Shown: positions 62,684-64,000 of the stretch, piece by piece
Position numbering within the stretch: position 1 is the first letter of the stretch
Layout: the number at the start of each line of letters is the position of its first letter
Source of the DNA: an uncultured delta proteobacterium
GTDB lineage: Bacteria > Myxococcota_A > Polyangia > Fen-1088
DNA length: 64,000 nt
Direction: 5' to 3'
Assembly (NCBI GenBank): GCA_963796685.1
Contig: CAWCMR010000025.1
Span: 1,824,001 to 1,888,000 of the forward strand
Translations under genes and position numbers: made by a program
The notes under the pieces: model-generated
Told to the model about the DNA's origin: nothing
The model's input: only the letters and a program-made list of their open reading frames with translations
The model's database searches: none

Positions 62684-62950
62684 ATGGAGCTCTTCGAATT
62701 GGTCGGCTACTTCGCCGCGACCGCGACGACGGTCTCGTTCATCCCTCAGGCAATCAAGGTCATGAGAACGCGTGACACCCAGAGCATCTCGCTTTGGATG
62801 TATGTCCTCTTCTCGTTCGGGGTGACCATGTGGCTGGTGTACGGGATCTTGCTCAACGCGCGCCCGATCATCCTCGCCAACTCCATCACCCTCCTCTTTG
62901 CCGTCGTCATTCTGCTCTACAAATTGGCGGAGAAGAAACCCGCTGAGTGA
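62684..62950 (+). CDS. SemiSWEET sugar transporter
   Basis: TT.SFIPQ, ISL.MY, W..YG and PII.AN. Confidence 0.9.
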   Translation: MELFELVGYFAATATTVSFIPQAIKVMRTRDTQSISLWMYVLFSFGVTMWLVYGILLNARPIILANSITLLFAVVILLYKLAEKKPAE

Positions 62951-62996
62951 CGCCAGCCGCGTCTTGGAACGCGGACCTGCGGCTCTTCGATGGCCG

Positions 62997-64000
<1,004 letters not shown>

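Overview
High-GC bacterial window whose gene content (MXAN_5187 C-terminal protein, myxobacterial Cys-rich repeat protein, many Gly/Thr-linker lipoproteins, Ser/Thr kinase) points to Myxococcota, probably Polyangia (inference). Core genes include pepT, rmlBACD, larE, rseP-tsaB, pta-ackA-ndk, thiD and a frameshifted ddl, mixed with surface glycan enzymes (GH44, esterase, gluconolactonase, glycosyltransferases). The main accessory locus (about 44.5-57.3 kb) is a minus-strand integron. It has a recognisable attI, at least 8 complete and 3 half attC sites, and many toxin-antitoxin cassettes. Its integrase sits in the inverted (co-oriented) position and is inactivated by a small MITE, a frameshift and truncation. 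Three IS110-family elements are present. One is intact, inserted in a REP-like repeat, and its bridge-RNA guides and circle-junction promoter can be read from the sequence. One is a short fragment. The third is a remnant inserted in an attC, and its downstream non-coding region holds two tandem 105-nt loop modules whose variable segments match two different attC variants. That candidate multi-target guide RNA is the most novel signal here. All family assignments are by motif recognition only; no database searches were run.
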